Positions 1 to 9,718 of a stretch of 64,000 nt of DNA are shown here, one piece after another. Source of the DNA: Lentisphaeria bacterium (lineage in GTDB: Bacteria > Verrucomicrobiota > Lentisphaeria > JABSQK01 > JAWLHB01). A program made the position numbers and the translations under genes. Location: the NCBI GenBank assembly GCA_041690595.1, contig JAWLHB010000011.1:124001-188000 (forward strand), given 5' to 3'. Positions within the stretch are counted from its first letter, which is position 1. Each line of letters opens with the position of its first letter. A model generated the notes under the pieces. The model worked only from the letters and a program-made list of their open reading frames with translations, was not told the origin of the DNA and did not search any database.

Positions 1-1155
1 TTGCTGCGGGTGCTGATGCTGGGGTCGACGCCCCTGCAGGAGAGTGACTTTTACCGTTACATCTGGGATGGGCAACTGGTGGTGCGCGGCATCAATCCGC
101 TCGACCGGTCGCCTTCCGACTGGGATATATCGGAGGTGGAGGCCGATCTTGAGCAGCGTCCCGCGGCGGCGGCAGTTCAGGGGCGCATCAATCATCCGGA
201 GGTGGCGAGCATTTATCCCGCGGGCGCTCAATCCATATTCGCGCTCAACGCCATGCTCTTCGGCTGGAGGAACCATGGCATGCGCTGGACACTGCTGCTT
301 TTCGATCTGGGGCTCCTGGTGCTTTTGGCGCGGCTGCTCTGGAAGCGAGGTCAGGCGCCGGCAATCCTCTGGTACGCCTGGTGTCCGTTGATACTCAAGG
401 AGTTCACCAACTCCATGCATGTGGATATTGCCTGTGCCTTCTTTCTCGGCTGGATGCTGTGGGCCGTCTGGCGGGATCGACCGGGTTGGTCGCTGGCGGC
501 GCTGCTGGCAGCTTCCCTGGTCAAGATCACGCCGCTGCTGCTGGTACCGCTGCTGGTGGGATGGGCGTGGCGCAGTCGCGGGCGCCGCTGGACGTTGTGG
601 GCTGTGGCGCTGTGGTGCGCTTGCCTTGCCGCCGGCTGGGCGGTGCTTTGGCTGGGGGCTGACGATCCGTTTGCCGGTCTACGCACCTTCAGCAGCCAGT
701 GGGAGAACAATGCGTTGCTCTTTCCCCTGCTGCGACGGCTCTTGGGGTGGATTGGTCTTCCGGGCGCCGACGCTCGCTTGGCCACCCAGGCCATTGTGGC
801 GCTGGCGCTGGTTATTGGAGTTCTTCAGGCAGCCATTCGCGTGCGAACGGCGGAAGGGGTGACACGGGCAGGCGAGTATGCGCTGCTGGCTCTCTTTCTG
901 CTTTCACCGGTAGGTAATCCATGGTATCTGGGCTGGCTCCTTCCCTTCATGGTGCTGCGCCGCTCGGGTCCGGCAATGATGGTGATGGTGGGCACGTCGG
1001 TCTACTACCTGAATTTCTGGATTCACTATCATGATCTTGGCGCGGACGCTATCTGGTGGCTGTGGATCACGCAGTATCTGCTCATTCTCCTGGCGCTTGC
1101 TATCCGCGCGTTCAGTTCGAAGGTCGCGCCCATCGTGCCGGCAACGGGAAGCTGA
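1..1155 (+). CDS. Polytopic membrane glycosyltransferase, GT87/GT-C-like (5' end outside window)
   Basis: SDFYRYIWDG, SIYP, YAWCPL, HVD, LVKITP and NPWY motifs with many TM helices; ORF is open at position 1. Confidence 0.65.
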   Translation: MLRVLMLGSTPLQESDFYRYIWDGQLVVRGINPLDRSPSDWDISEVEADLEQRPAAAAVQGRINHPEVASIYPAGAQSIFALNAMLFGWRNHGMRWTLLLFDLGLLVLLARLLWKRGQAPAILWYAWCPLILKEFTNSMHVDIACAFFLGWMLWAVWRDRPGWSLAALLAASLVKITPLLLVPLLVGWAWRSRGRRWTLWAVALWCACLAAGWAVLWLGADDPFAGLRTFSSQWENNALLFPLLRRLLGWIGLPGADARLATQAIVALALVIGVLQAAIRVRTAEGVTRAGEYALLALFLLSPVGNPWYLGWLLPFMVLRRSGPAMMVMVGTSVYYLNFWIHYHDLGADAIWWLWITQYLLILLALAIRAFSSKVAPIVPATGS

Positions 1156-1190
1156 AGCTCATTCGGTGGGGAGGCAGGCAATCCGGGCAT

Positions 1191-1225
1191 AAAAAAACCG
1201 GCCCGTGGAAAAGACCACGGGCCGG
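1191..1225 (-). terminator. Intrinsic terminator downstream of RRM gene
   Basis: 11-bp stem ccggcccgtgg/ccacgggccgg (1198-1225) with A7 at 1191-1197, i.e. a U-tract on the minus strand; lies between convergent genes. Confidence 0.85.
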
Positions 1226-1253
1226 AATAAACTTGCAGTTTCAGGCTGGTGAT

Positions 1254-1589
1254 TTACCAGCGACGACGGCCTGCGCCGCCTCCGCCACCACCGCCACCGC
1301 CGCGCTCGCCGCCGCCGCCACCACCGGCGCCACCGCGAGAGCTGCGTTCATGTGCTTCGTTTACACGGACACTGCGACCGTCAAGCTCTTTCCCGTCCAT
1401 CTCGTTGACGGCGGTGTTACCGTCTTCGTCATTGACGAAGGTCACGAAGCCGAAGCCCCGCGAGCGGCCTGTCTCACGATCTGAGACTACTACAGCGTCT
1501 GAGATTTCTCCGAAGGAATCAAACGCTTCGCGCAGTCCTTCACTTGTGGTGTCCCAACTCAGACCGCCCACGAATAATCGTTTTGCCAT
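1254..1589 (-). CDS. RNA recognition motif (RRM) RNA-binding protein with Gly-rich tail
   Basis: RNP2 LFVGGL and RNP1 RGFGFVTF; start moved to MAKRLF (ATG 1589), which has GAGGAG upstream. Confidence 0.95.
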   Translation of the reverse strand: MAKRLFVGGLSWDTTSEGLREAFDSFGEISDAVVVSDRETGRSRGFGFVTFVNDEDGNTAVNEMDGKELDGRSVRVNEAHERSSRGGAGGGGGGERGGGGGGGGGAGRRRW

Positions 1590-1814
1590 GATTTTCGAAC
1601 TCCTCATCTCTGGCAACTTCTGCATTGACCCTATGCTTCTAAAGAGTCGCTGCACCGGAAAGGTGACATTTGTCACCTTGGGCACGGATCTGCATCCGCG
1701 CCGTTTCTGACTAGACGTACCGTTGTTCCCAACTGTCCTTCCTGATGGCGAAGCTACCAGGATGAAGGCAAAAGGCCGAAGCCTTTTTGGAGAATTCCAG
1801 TACGATTTGGGCTT

Positions 1815-1843
1815 AGTATAATGCCGTCGAGATGCAAATGCAA
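1815..1843 (-). promoter_or_regulatory. Sigma70-type promoter candidate for RRM gene
   Basis: Minus strand TTGCAT-N17-TATACT. Confidence 0.55.
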
Positions 1844-1848
1844 GTGCC

Positions 1849-3024
1849 TTAGGCGATATTTACAAAATTCCGTAGAGAGCGGATACCGTGACGGAAGGTA
1901 CGGCATGGCATCAGGAGGCTGCCAATCAGGTAAGCGCCGGTTGCGAAATCGTACAGGTAGCCGGGGTGCAACAGCACGTGCTGTTTTTGAAGAAGATCGA
2001 GCGCCCATTCTTCATCGCTCCTGGTGGCGGGCAGGCGGATGACGAGATACCAGCCTCCTTCCATCGCCAGAGCCTGTGCGCCGGTGTTGTGAAGGATCTC
2101 TCTGGCGGATTCGAGATTATCCCGCAGGCGTTGGTGAAGGGGGGCCTGCAGTTGGTCTCGCATGGCCAGCCAGGTTGGCGTGGCCGCAAGGGATGGGGCG
2201 CTGACGGAAAGAAAGGAGTCGGAGATGAGGTCGAGGCGCTGCAGTGCCTGTTGGCGCATCGCCGCGGGGCCGGCCACGACGATCCAGCCGATCTTCATCT
2301 GCGGCAGGGCGCACACCTTCGACAGGCCACTGAGTACAAAGGTGAGGACTTCGCTTTCGTCGGCAAAGGTGCGTACGGCATCGGGTGGGCAGTCCAGTGG
2401 ATAGTCGGTGAAGACTTCATCCACGATAAGGGCAAGATCATGGCGCCGGCAGAGCTCGCGCAGGCGGTCGCGCTCGCCGGTCTTAACGTAGGAGCCGGTG
2501 GGATTGTTGGGGTTGACGAGGAGGATGGCTCTGGTGCGCGGCGTGATGGCCGCTTCGAGTGCAGCGAGGTCGATGTGCCATTGCCCGTCGCGGTTCAGGG
2601 GGTAAGGTAGAAGTTCGACACCCTCGGCGCCGGCGAGGAAATCAAAGAGTGGATAACTTGGTCTGGGGACAAGGAAAGCGTCGCCCGGATCGCCGAGCAG
2701 GCGGAAGAGGTGGGCATAGCTTTCGCTGGTGCTGCACGTAACCAGAATCTGTTCCTGGGTCACCTTGGCCTGAAAGGGCAGGTAGTAGTCGGCGATGGCT
2801 TTTCGTGCGGCGAGAGGGCCGCGCGGGTAGGGCAGGTGTCGCAGGATCTCGGGATCGGCAAGCGGGGCGAGAATCTCGGCCTCGGGCAGGGGCAGTTCGA
2901 CCATGGTTGGATTCGAGACGGTGAGGTCGGTGACGGGAATCTCCGCGCGTCGCATGTCGGCGAGCAATCGGGTCATGGCGTTCTGGGGGGCGTCCCACGG
3001 GAATCGTTGTGAATATGCAGGCAT
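1849..3024 (-). CDS. PLP-dependent aminotransferase class I/II
   Basis: NPNNPTG, IVDEVF and SGLSK..LPQMKIGW (PLP lysine) motifs; ATG 3024 with AAGGAG RBS. Confidence 0.9.
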   Translation of the reverse strand: MPAYSQRFPWDAPQNAMTRLLADMRRAEIPVTDLTVSNPTMVELPLPEAEILAPLADPEILRHLPYPRGPLAARKAIADYYLPFQAKVTQEQILVTCSTSESYAHLFRLLGDPGDAFLVPRPSYPLFDFLAGAEGVELLPYPLNRDGQWHIDLAALEAAITPRTRAILLVNPNNPTGSYVKTGERDRLRELCRRHDLALIVDEVFTDYPLDCPPDAVRTFADESEVLTFVLSGLSKVCALPQMKIGWIVVAGPAAMRQQALQRLDLISDSFLSVSAPSLAATPTWLAMRDQLQAPLHQRLRDNLESAREILHNTGAQALAMEGGWYLVIRLPATRSDEEWALDLLQKQHVLLHPGYLYDFATGAYLIGSLLMPCRTFRHGIRSLRNFVNIA

Positions 3025-3304
3025 CGGTGCTCCTTGTAGTGCGGGGAAGGGAATGTACACCTTCTTTGGGGAGAGGTGCAGTGGATGGGAAAACGGGAGC
3101 GGGCAGGGTTTGGAAAGAATGGGAATGATGAAAAGAATGAGGGAGCTGGAACTGGCAGGCGGAATATTGTTCGGGACGGCTTGACTTTCGAGTTATGAGA
3201 AATATATTTCTTGCCGTGGTGATGAGTAGGATCGGCATGGGGGTATGGCATGAGTAACAAAGACGGACACGGACCCGCACGGACAAGCACGGGTGGCAGG
3301 CAAT

Positions 3305-3510
3305 GCACCGAGGATTCGACCGAGGTTTTCTGGCACCGAGGATTCGACCGATGTTTTCTGGAGTGGGCCTCCAGTTCTGGTGGTGGGACCGAGGTTTTCT
3401 GGCACCGAGGATTGGACCGATGTTTTCTGGGGTGGGCCTTCAGGTGGAGGACGCGGCGGACCGACCTTTCGACCGATCTTTTCTGGGTGGTGGGACCGAG
3501 GTTTTCCGTG
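3305..3510. repeat. Degenerate intergenic tandem repeat (ACCGAGGTTTTCTGG / ACCGAGGATT / ACCGATGTTTTCTGG modules)
   Basis: Block gaccgaggttttctggcaccgaggatt(c/g)gaccgatgttttctgg(a/g)gtgggcct occurs twice, plus partial copies. Confidence 0.75.
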
Positions 3511-3539
3511 GACGGACGTTCCGGCCTTCATGGGGGAGA

Positions 3540-3567
3540 TTGACAACGGCGTGTGGAACCCTACTAT
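3540..3567 (+). promoter_or_regulatory. Sigma70-type promoter candidate for MoxR operon
   Basis: TTGACA-N16-TACTAT about 100 nt upstream of ATG 3669. Confidence 0.55.
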
Positions 3568-3668
3568 ACGTATGCCGCATGCATTGCAATCGTGGGAACA
3601 CGACGACGCTGGATGTGTCTCACGCCTCACGCCTTGTCTGGATATTATCTACTGAGAGGTAAGAAGCC

Positions 3669-5648
3669 ATGGTCAAATACCTGCTGCTGTCATTGATGGC
3701 CATTCTGCTGGGAGTCACTCATGCCGCGGAACGGCAGGGAGCGTTTATCGAGGAGATCGAGGACGAGGATGGCGATCTGGTGATCGTCATGGAGACGGAC
3801 TGGATCAGCATGAGGCTGATGCCGGCGATCGGGTCGACGGTGGTGCGCTTTGTCTTCCGGCCGACACAGAACGAGATTCTGGACCTGACGCAGCCGAAGA
3901 ACCTGAAGAGCGGGGGTGGTCTGCTGCAGGACAATGTGTGGGAGCAGGATTGGCGTTTTCAGGAGCTGCGGGGCAAGTGGTACGACTATGAGATAACGAA
4001 GCGGGGGCCGGAAGAGGTGCAGGTGGTCTTCCAGACGCAATTGGATGGGTGGCTGGAGTCGGCGACGAGCGGTTTGAAGTCGAAGCTGCTGGAGAACCTG
4101 GTGATCCGGCGGACGGTGACGCTGCGGCAGGGGACGCCCTATTTTCTCTTTGACGTGGAGTTGATCAATCCGGACGAGAATGCGAAGCTGCCGCTTTACT
4201 GGGCGCATAACTCGTCGCGAGTGAACACGACGCTGCCGGATCATGTGATGCGGCCGAGCGCGGTGGGGATCAACACGATACCGAGCAACATCGGGGCGGA
4301 TTACATCTACGACTTCAACCATGGCTGGTCGGCGCGGATGGCGCCGGAGCGGCGTGAGGGGCTGGTCTACCTGATGGATTACGATTACCTGGCGTTCCTG
4401 TACAACTGCGGGGTGGGGACGACGGAATGGGTCTACGACAACCTGCTGGTGTTGAACGACCGGCCGGTGAAGACGCGCATCTATGTGTTGCCGACAATGG
4501 GTCTGGAGAAGGTCGATCATGCGACGGAGTATTTCATCACGCAGTTGAAGCCGATACGGGATAAGGATCATCTGCGGTTGCAGTACCGGACGGTTTCCAG
4601 CTACAAGGAGGCGCGGCGGGTGACCTTTGTGGCGGAGTTGGAGACGAATCTTCTGGACCCGGAGCCGACGCGGCTGACGCTACCGGCAATCGAATTCACG
4701 GAGCTGGGGATCGAGCCGGCGACGCGTGAAGTGAGCTATGACGGCCAGTCGACGGATCCGTTGAAGATCCGGACGACGGCGTTCATCGATCTGGCGGACG
4801 GGACGCAGGTGCAGCAGGTCTTCGAATACTTCCATGTGGGGGACTATTCGCTGGGGCGTAACGTGGGTAAGGATCTGAAGACGCCGGTGGCGGCGCTGGA
4901 GCGTCGCCCGCAGGAGCCGTACATTCCAACTCCGCAGGCGAATCTGGAGGTGAATCGCACCGACTTCAATATCTTCGCGGTGCTCGGCAACAACACCCGG
5001 GTGCTGAATATCGAAGAGGCCCTGCGGGGAATTCCCAAGGTCAACCTGCAGGCAGGTTATCATCCGGGCTTCACGGTGCCGCGCACGGGACTGACCGATT
5101 TTCCGTACGACTACGACCGGTTGTTCAACTACCGGGTGATCGTGATGAACAACAGCATTTTCGATGCGGCGCGTCTGGTGGGGCTATCGATTCTGGACAA
5201 TTACCTGCAGCGGGGAGGCGGCCTGGTCTATGGAGGCGGGGAGAATGTCTTCAACATGACGCCGACGAACCGGAGCCATCCGATCTACGATTTCATTCCG
5301 ATCGAGTCGGGGGATCCGATCGTGAAGGAGGTGGGGCAGCTGAATTCACCGGCGAGCGAGCACCCGATCTTCACGGGGATCGACATGAGCAACCTGCCGT
5401 GGCAGTATTACGTGCAGAAGGTGACCTTCAAGGCGGATCTGCCGGTGCAACCGAAGGTGTTGCTGAAGGTAGGGGATGAGCCCTTCGTGATCGAGTATTG
5501 CCCGGTGGAAGGTCAACGGACGCTGCTGGTGCTGGCGGTGCCTTTCGGGGTGGCCGAGGAGCATCCTGGGAAGGTGCCGGTATATGCGTGGCCGGAATGG
5601 GAAAAGCTTTACGCGAATATTGTCCGCTATGCGGGCTTCGATTTATGA
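3669..5648 (+). CDS. Secreted protein: N-terminal galactose-mutarotase-like beta-sandwich, C-terminal class I GATase-like domain
   Basis: Signal peptide (MVKYLLLSLMAILLGVTHA); PAIGSTVVRF..NEIL start typical of mutarotase-like folds; YRVIVMNN..YLQRGGGLVYGGG typical of GATase-like domains. Confidence 0.55.
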   Translation: MVKYLLLSLMAILLGVTHAAERQGAFIEEIEDEDGDLVIVMETDWISMRLMPAIGSTVVRFVFRPTQNEILDLTQPKNLKSGGGLLQDNVWEQDWRFQELRGKWYDYEITKRGPEEVQVVFQTQLDGWLESATSGLKSKLLENLVIRRTVTLRQGTPYFLFDVELINPDENAKLPLYWAHNSSRVNTTLPDHVMRPSAVGINTIPSNIGADYIYDFNHGWSARMAPERREGLVYLMDYDYLAFLYNCGVGTTEWVYDNLLVLNDRPVKTRIYVLPTMGLEKVDHATEYFITQLKPIRDKDHLRLQYRTVSSYKEARRVTFVAELETNLLDPEPTRLTLPAIEFTELGIEPATREVSYDGQSTDPLKIRTTAFIDLADGTQVQQVFEYFHVGDYSLGRNVGKDLKTPVAALERRPQEPYIPTPQANLEVNRTDFNIFAVLGNNTRVLNIEEALRGIPKVNLQAGYHPGFTVPRTGLTDFPYDYDRLFNYRVIVMNNSIFDAARLVGLSILDNYLQRGGGLVYGGGENVFNMTPTNRSHPIYDFIPIESGDPIVKEVGQLNSPASEHPIFTGIDMSNLPWQYYVQKVTFKADLPVQPKVLLKVGDEPFVIEYCPVEGQRTLLVLAVPFGVAEEHPGKVPVYAWPEWEKLYANIVRYAGFDL

Positions 5649-5685
5649 GCGGCCTGATGATGTCAACGATGTACTGGAGAGCTGC

Positions 5686-6681
5686 ATGAAGCATGAGGAA
5701 ATCGCGCAGAAGGTGGCGCAACTGAAGAGTGAGATCGGGAAGGTCATTGTTGGTCAGGAGACGGTGATCGACGATGTTTTGCAGGCGATACTGGCGGGTG
5801 GGCACTGCCTGATGATGGGGGTTCCCGGCTTGGCGAAGACGTTGCTGGTGAGCACGCTTTCACAGGTGACGCACCTTTCCTTCAAGCGTATCCAGTTCAC
5901 GCCGGACCTGATGCCGGCGGACATCACGGGCAGTGAGATCATCCAGGAGACGGCGGAGGGTGGGCGGCAGTTCGCCTTCGTCAAGGGGCCGATTTTTGCG
6001 AACATGGTGCTGGCTGACGAGATCAATCGCACCCCGCCGAAGACGCAGGCGGCGCTGCTGGAGGCGATGCAGGAGCACAGCGTGACGATCGGCAACAAAT
6101 CGTATCAGCTTTCGGAGCCGTTTTTCGTGCTGGCGACGCAGAATCCAGTGGAGCAGGAGGGGACGTACAACCTGCCCGAGGCTCAGCAGGATCGCTTCAT
6201 GTACTTCATCAATGTGAAGTATCCCGAGCGGGAAGAGGAACTGGAGGTGATCCTGCGCACGACGGGGACGGCGAAGCCGAAGGTGGAGGCGCTGCTGTCG
6301 GCGGAGGAGCTGATCGCGGCCCAGGCGCTGGTGCGGGAGGTGCCGATTGCGCGGCATCTTGTGGCTTACGCGCTCGACCTGGTGCGCGGCAGTCGGGTGG
6401 ACCGTGGCAAGGAGGGTGACGTGGCGCCGGATTTTGTACGCGACTACGTGGAGTGGGGAGCGGGTCCGCGGGCGGCGCAGTACATGGTGCTTGGGGCGAA
6501 GGCGCGGGCGCTGATCAACGGTCAGAGCCATGTGACGGCGGAGGATCTGCGCAAGGTAGCGTACCCGGTACTCACGCACCGAATACTGGTGAATTTCGCG
6601 GCGGAAGCCGAGAACATCACCTCGGTGGATATCATCGACAAGTTGCTGGCGTCGATCAAAGTGCCTGAAGGGCAGGATTAG
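5686..6681 (+). CDS. moxR: MoxR-family AAA+ ATPase
   Basis: GVPGLAKT, RIQFTPDLMPADITG, LADEINRTPPKTQAALLEAMQE, ATQNPVEQEGTY; start ATG 5686 with GGAG upstream. Confidence 0.95.
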   Translation: MKHEEIAQKVAQLKSEIGKVIVGQETVIDDVLQAILAGGHCLMMGVPGLAKTLLVSTLSQVTHLSFKRIQFTPDLMPADITGSEIIQETAEGGRQFAFVKGPIFANMVLADEINRTPPKTQAALLEAMQEHSVTIGNKSYQLSEPFFVLATQNPVEQEGTYNLPEAQQDRFMYFINVKYPEREEELEVILRTTGTAKPKVEALLSAEELIAAQALVREVPIARHLVAYALDLVRGSRVDRGKEGDVAPDFVRDYVEWGAGPRAAQYMVLGAKARALINGQSHVTAEDLRKVAYPVLTHRILVNFAAEAENITSVDIIDKLLASIKVPEGQD

Positions 6682-6701
6682 CTTGCGCGAGGAGGGACGC
6701 C

Positions 6702-7592
6702 ATGGCTGAGCCGCAACTACTCGATCCGCATGCCGCGGCACGGGCGCGACAATTGGAGTTTTTTGCCCGGACGCGGATGGAGGGGTATCTGAAGGGGCCG
6801 AACCCGTCGCGCCTGAAGGGTCAGTCCAGCGATTTTCTTCGTCACCGTCAGTACCAGGCGGGGGACGATCTTCGGCATCTGGATTGGCGAGTGTATGGGC
6901 GCAGCGATCGGCTGGTGATCCGCGAGTACGAGGAGTACACGAACCTGGAGGTGATCATTGGCATCGACTGCTCCGGCTCCATGGGTTACACCAACGAGGG
7001 GATGGGCAAGCTGGATTTTGCGGTGCATGCCGCCGCGATGCTGGGGTTTCTGCTGAATCTGCAGAAGGACCGCTTCGGGATTGCGCGCTGTTCAAGCAAG
7101 CTGGAGGCGTTTCTTCGTCCGTCGAGCGGTCGCAAGCACCTGGCGCAGGCGATGCGTTACCTGGCGTCGACGGAAGCGGCGGGGGAGACCGACTTTGCGG
7201 CGTGTGTGCACCAGCTGCTGCCCTTGGTGCGGCGCAAGTCAGTCTTTGTTTTCTTTTCGGACTGCTACCAGGATCCACATGCGCTGGCGAAAGCGCTGGG
7301 GATTCTGCGGTTGCAGGGGCATGATGTGCTGCTCTACCAGTTGTACGCCCAGGACGAGCACGAGTTGGGCTTCACGGGCTACACGCTTTTTCGCGATCTC
7401 GAGACGGGTGTGATCGACGCGGCGGATCCGATGGAGATACGGGCGGCGTATCAGCAGGTGGTGCGGGAGCATCTGGAGCATCTGCAGGCGGGCTGCAACC
7501 GCTTTGGCCTGGAGTTTCACAGCATCGCGGTGCGCGACGAGTATGATGACATCATGGCCCGCCTGTTGCGGCAGAGGAATCGCCGCGCATGA
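6702..7592 (+). CDS. DUF58 domain protein
   Basis: GQSSDF..HRQYQAGDDLRHLDW and DCSGSM; position directly after moxR. Confidence 0.9.
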   Translation: MAEPQLLDPHAAARARQLEFFARTRMEGYLKGPNPSRLKGQSSDFLRHRQYQAGDDLRHLDWRVYGRSDRLVIREYEEYTNLEVIIGIDCSGSMGYTNEGMGKLDFAVHAAAMLGFLLNLQKDRFGIARCSSKLEAFLRPSSGRKHLAQAMRYLASTEAAGETDFAACVHQLLPLVRRKSVFVFFSDCYQDPHALAKALGILRLQGHDVLLYQLYAQDEHELGFTGYTLFRDLETGVIDAADPMEIRAAYQQVVREHLEHLQAGCNRFGLEFHSIAVRDEYDDIMARLLRQRNRRA

Positions 7593-9718
7593 CGCTGATG
7601 TACCCCATGGCTCTTTTTGGTTTGCTGGCGGCAGTGACGCCCATCGTCATCTACCTGCTGCTGCGGCGTCGCAAACATGAGTTAGCGTGGGGGGCGAGTT
7701 ACCTGCTGCGGCTGACGTTGCGGAGCCGGCGGCGATCCTCGTTGTGGAAACAGATGATCGTGCTGGCCTGTCGATGCCTGTTGCTGGCGCTGGCGGCGGT
7801 ACTGCTGGTGCGGGCCTGGCGTGGAAACCCGGAGCCGGATCTGATGGTGGCGGCCCTTCCCGAGGGGCCGGTGCATCGGGTCGTACTTTACGATACATCG
7901 CTGAGCATGAGCGCCCGGGATGGGGGCGAGAGTTCGCGAGCCAGTCGTCAGCGCGCTGCCATCGGCTCGCTGCTGCGCACGCAACGTCCGGGCGATCACC
8001 TGACGCTAGTGCCGTTGATGGAGGGGGACGATGCGCCCCTGGAGCTGGCCGGACGGGTCGATGCGGCAAAGCAGCAGGAGATTGCGACGCGGCTGCAGGG
8101 CACGACCGAGGGGATGATCCGCTTGCGCACGCCGCTGGCCAAAGGGTTGACGGCGCTGGCAGGGACTCCCGACAGTGAATCGCAGCTCTTCATCTTCAGC
8201 GACTTTCCGCGAGAACTGAGCGACTCGGTGGAGAGGCTGGACTGGCTGGGGGAGGCGATTGATCGGCAGGGGGTGACGGTGGTTCCGGTGGATCTGTCCC
8301 TGGCTTCGGCCGGACAGAGTGCCAATGTGGTGATCACGGATCTGGAATTGGGGACGGATGCGGCGCTGGTGGGGCTGCCGATGACGCTGTACATCGTGGC
8401 GGAGAGTTACAGTGACGTGGAACAGAGCGCAAGTTTCGAGGTGACGATCGACGGGGAGCCGCTGACGACGCCGCGGGTCGCCTTCAGCGCCAGTGAGCGG
8501 CGGCGCATTCCGGTGAGCCTGCGCTTCGATCGAGCCGGTCCAGCGCTGGTGCGGGTGACGACGGAAGCGAGCCGCCTGCCGACGCACGGGAGCCGCCACC
8601 TGGCCATCACGGTGCAAAGCAGCCTCAAGGTCTGGTTGATCGCGGACGATACGGATGGCGGAGGGGAGAGCATCGCGGATACGGAGTTCTTCATGCGCGG
8701 CGTCGATGCCGGGCGAGAGGGGGCGGCTGTAGTGGAGGTGAAACGGGTGACGATGTCGGAGGTGAGCCAGCCGTTGCCGGCGGAGGTGGATGTGGTGGTG
8801 CTGGCAGCACCGACGTTCGCGTTGCCGGCGGTTGGGGAGCAGTTGGAAGCGTTTGTCCGGCGGGGTGGTGGGCTGGTCTTCACCTCGTCGTCGACGCTGC
8901 GGAGCGAATCGTACAATGTGAATTACGGGAAGCTGCTGCCGGCGCCGCTTATGCCACCTGCGCGTGAGAGTGTGGATCCGGCGATATTCGCGTTGGCGCA
9001 ATCCGAAGCGCTGGCTGGGAGTTCGCCGTTGTTCCGGGAGTTCGGGGAGGCGGCAGAGGGCGATTTCGCGGAGGTGCGGTACTACAACTACCTGATGACG
9101 GGTGAGACGACGCCGGAGAGCGGGGTGGTTTTTCGCCTGTCGAGCGACGATCCGCTGCTGCTGGTGCGTCGTCTTGGTCGGGGGCATGTCTACCTGCTGA
9201 CGACGACGCTGGGTATCGACTGGAGTTCGCTGCCGGTGCGGCAGGCGCACCTGCCCTTTGTCTGGCGCCTGTTGCAGGCGGCGAGTGCGGGACGGGCCTT
9301 GCCGCGGAACCTGGAGGGCGGATCGCCGCTGGTGACGCGGTGGCCGTCGCCCGGTCCGGTGCAGGTGGAAGGGCCGGATGGGGCGAGGCGCATGGTGGAA
9401 GCGCGAGAGACGCCGCGGGGGACCTTTGTGGAGAGCGAGGCGCTGACGCTTCCGGGCTATTATGTGTTGACTGACGAGAAGGGGAACCGGGAGATCGGGA
9501 CGGTTCGGAAGGAGGTGCAGGAGGGGGATCTGCGGCCGCTGGAGGCGACGACGCGGCAGGGGCTGACGGCGGCATTTGGGGTACCGATACATGCTGGCTG
9601 GGAGGCGGCGGTACTGGTGCTGGGCGCCGCGGATGCGACTTGGCCGTTGTGGCCGTGGATCGTGGTGGCGATGCTGCTTGTCTACATGTTTGAATGCTGG
9701 TTTGTGAGGCTGATCTGA
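7589..9718 (+). CDS. BatA/vWA domain membrane protein with GATase-like C-terminal region
   Basis: N-terminal double-TM BatA motif (LLAAVTPIVIYLLLRRR), MIDAS DTSLS, FIFSD, FVRRGGGLV, C-terminal TM. Confidence 0.8.
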   Translation: MTLMYPMALFGLLAAVTPIVIYLLLRRRKHELAWGASYLLRLTLRSRRRSSLWKQMIVLACRCLLLALAAVLLVRAWRGNPEPDLMVAALPEGPVHRVVLYDTSLSMSARDGGESSRASRQRAAIGSLLRTQRPGDHLTLVPLMEGDDAPLELAGRVDAAKQQEIATRLQGTTEGMIRLRTPLAKGLTALAGTPDSESQLFIFSDFPRELSDSVERLDWLGEAIDRQGVTVVPVDLSLASAGQSANVVITDLELGTDAALVGLPMTLYIVAESYSDVEQSASFEVTIDGEPLTTPRVAFSASERRRIPVSLRFDRAGPALVRVTTEASRLPTHGSRHLAITVQSSLKVWLIADDTDGGGESIADTEFFMRGVDAGREGAAVVEVKRVTMSEVSQPLPAEVDVVVLAAPTFALPAVGEQLEAFVRRGGGLVFTSSSTLRSESYNVNYGKLLPAPLMPPARESVDPAIFALAQSEALAGSSPLFREFGEAAEGDFAEVRYYNYLMTGETTPESGVVFRLSSDDPLLLVRRLGRGHVYLLTTTLGIDWSSLPVRQAHLPFVWRLLQAASAGRALPRNLEGGSPLVTRWPSPGPVQVEGPDGARRMVEARETPRGTFVESEALTLPGYYVLTDEKGNREIGTVRKEVQEGDLRPLEATTRQGLTAAFGVPIHAGWEAAVLVLGAADATWPLWPWIVVAMLLVYMFECWFVRLI

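Noticed and set aside
3193..3662. Short ORFs over the 3.3-3.5 kb repeat
   Set aside because: Repeat-derived low-complexity translations overlapping a promoter candidate
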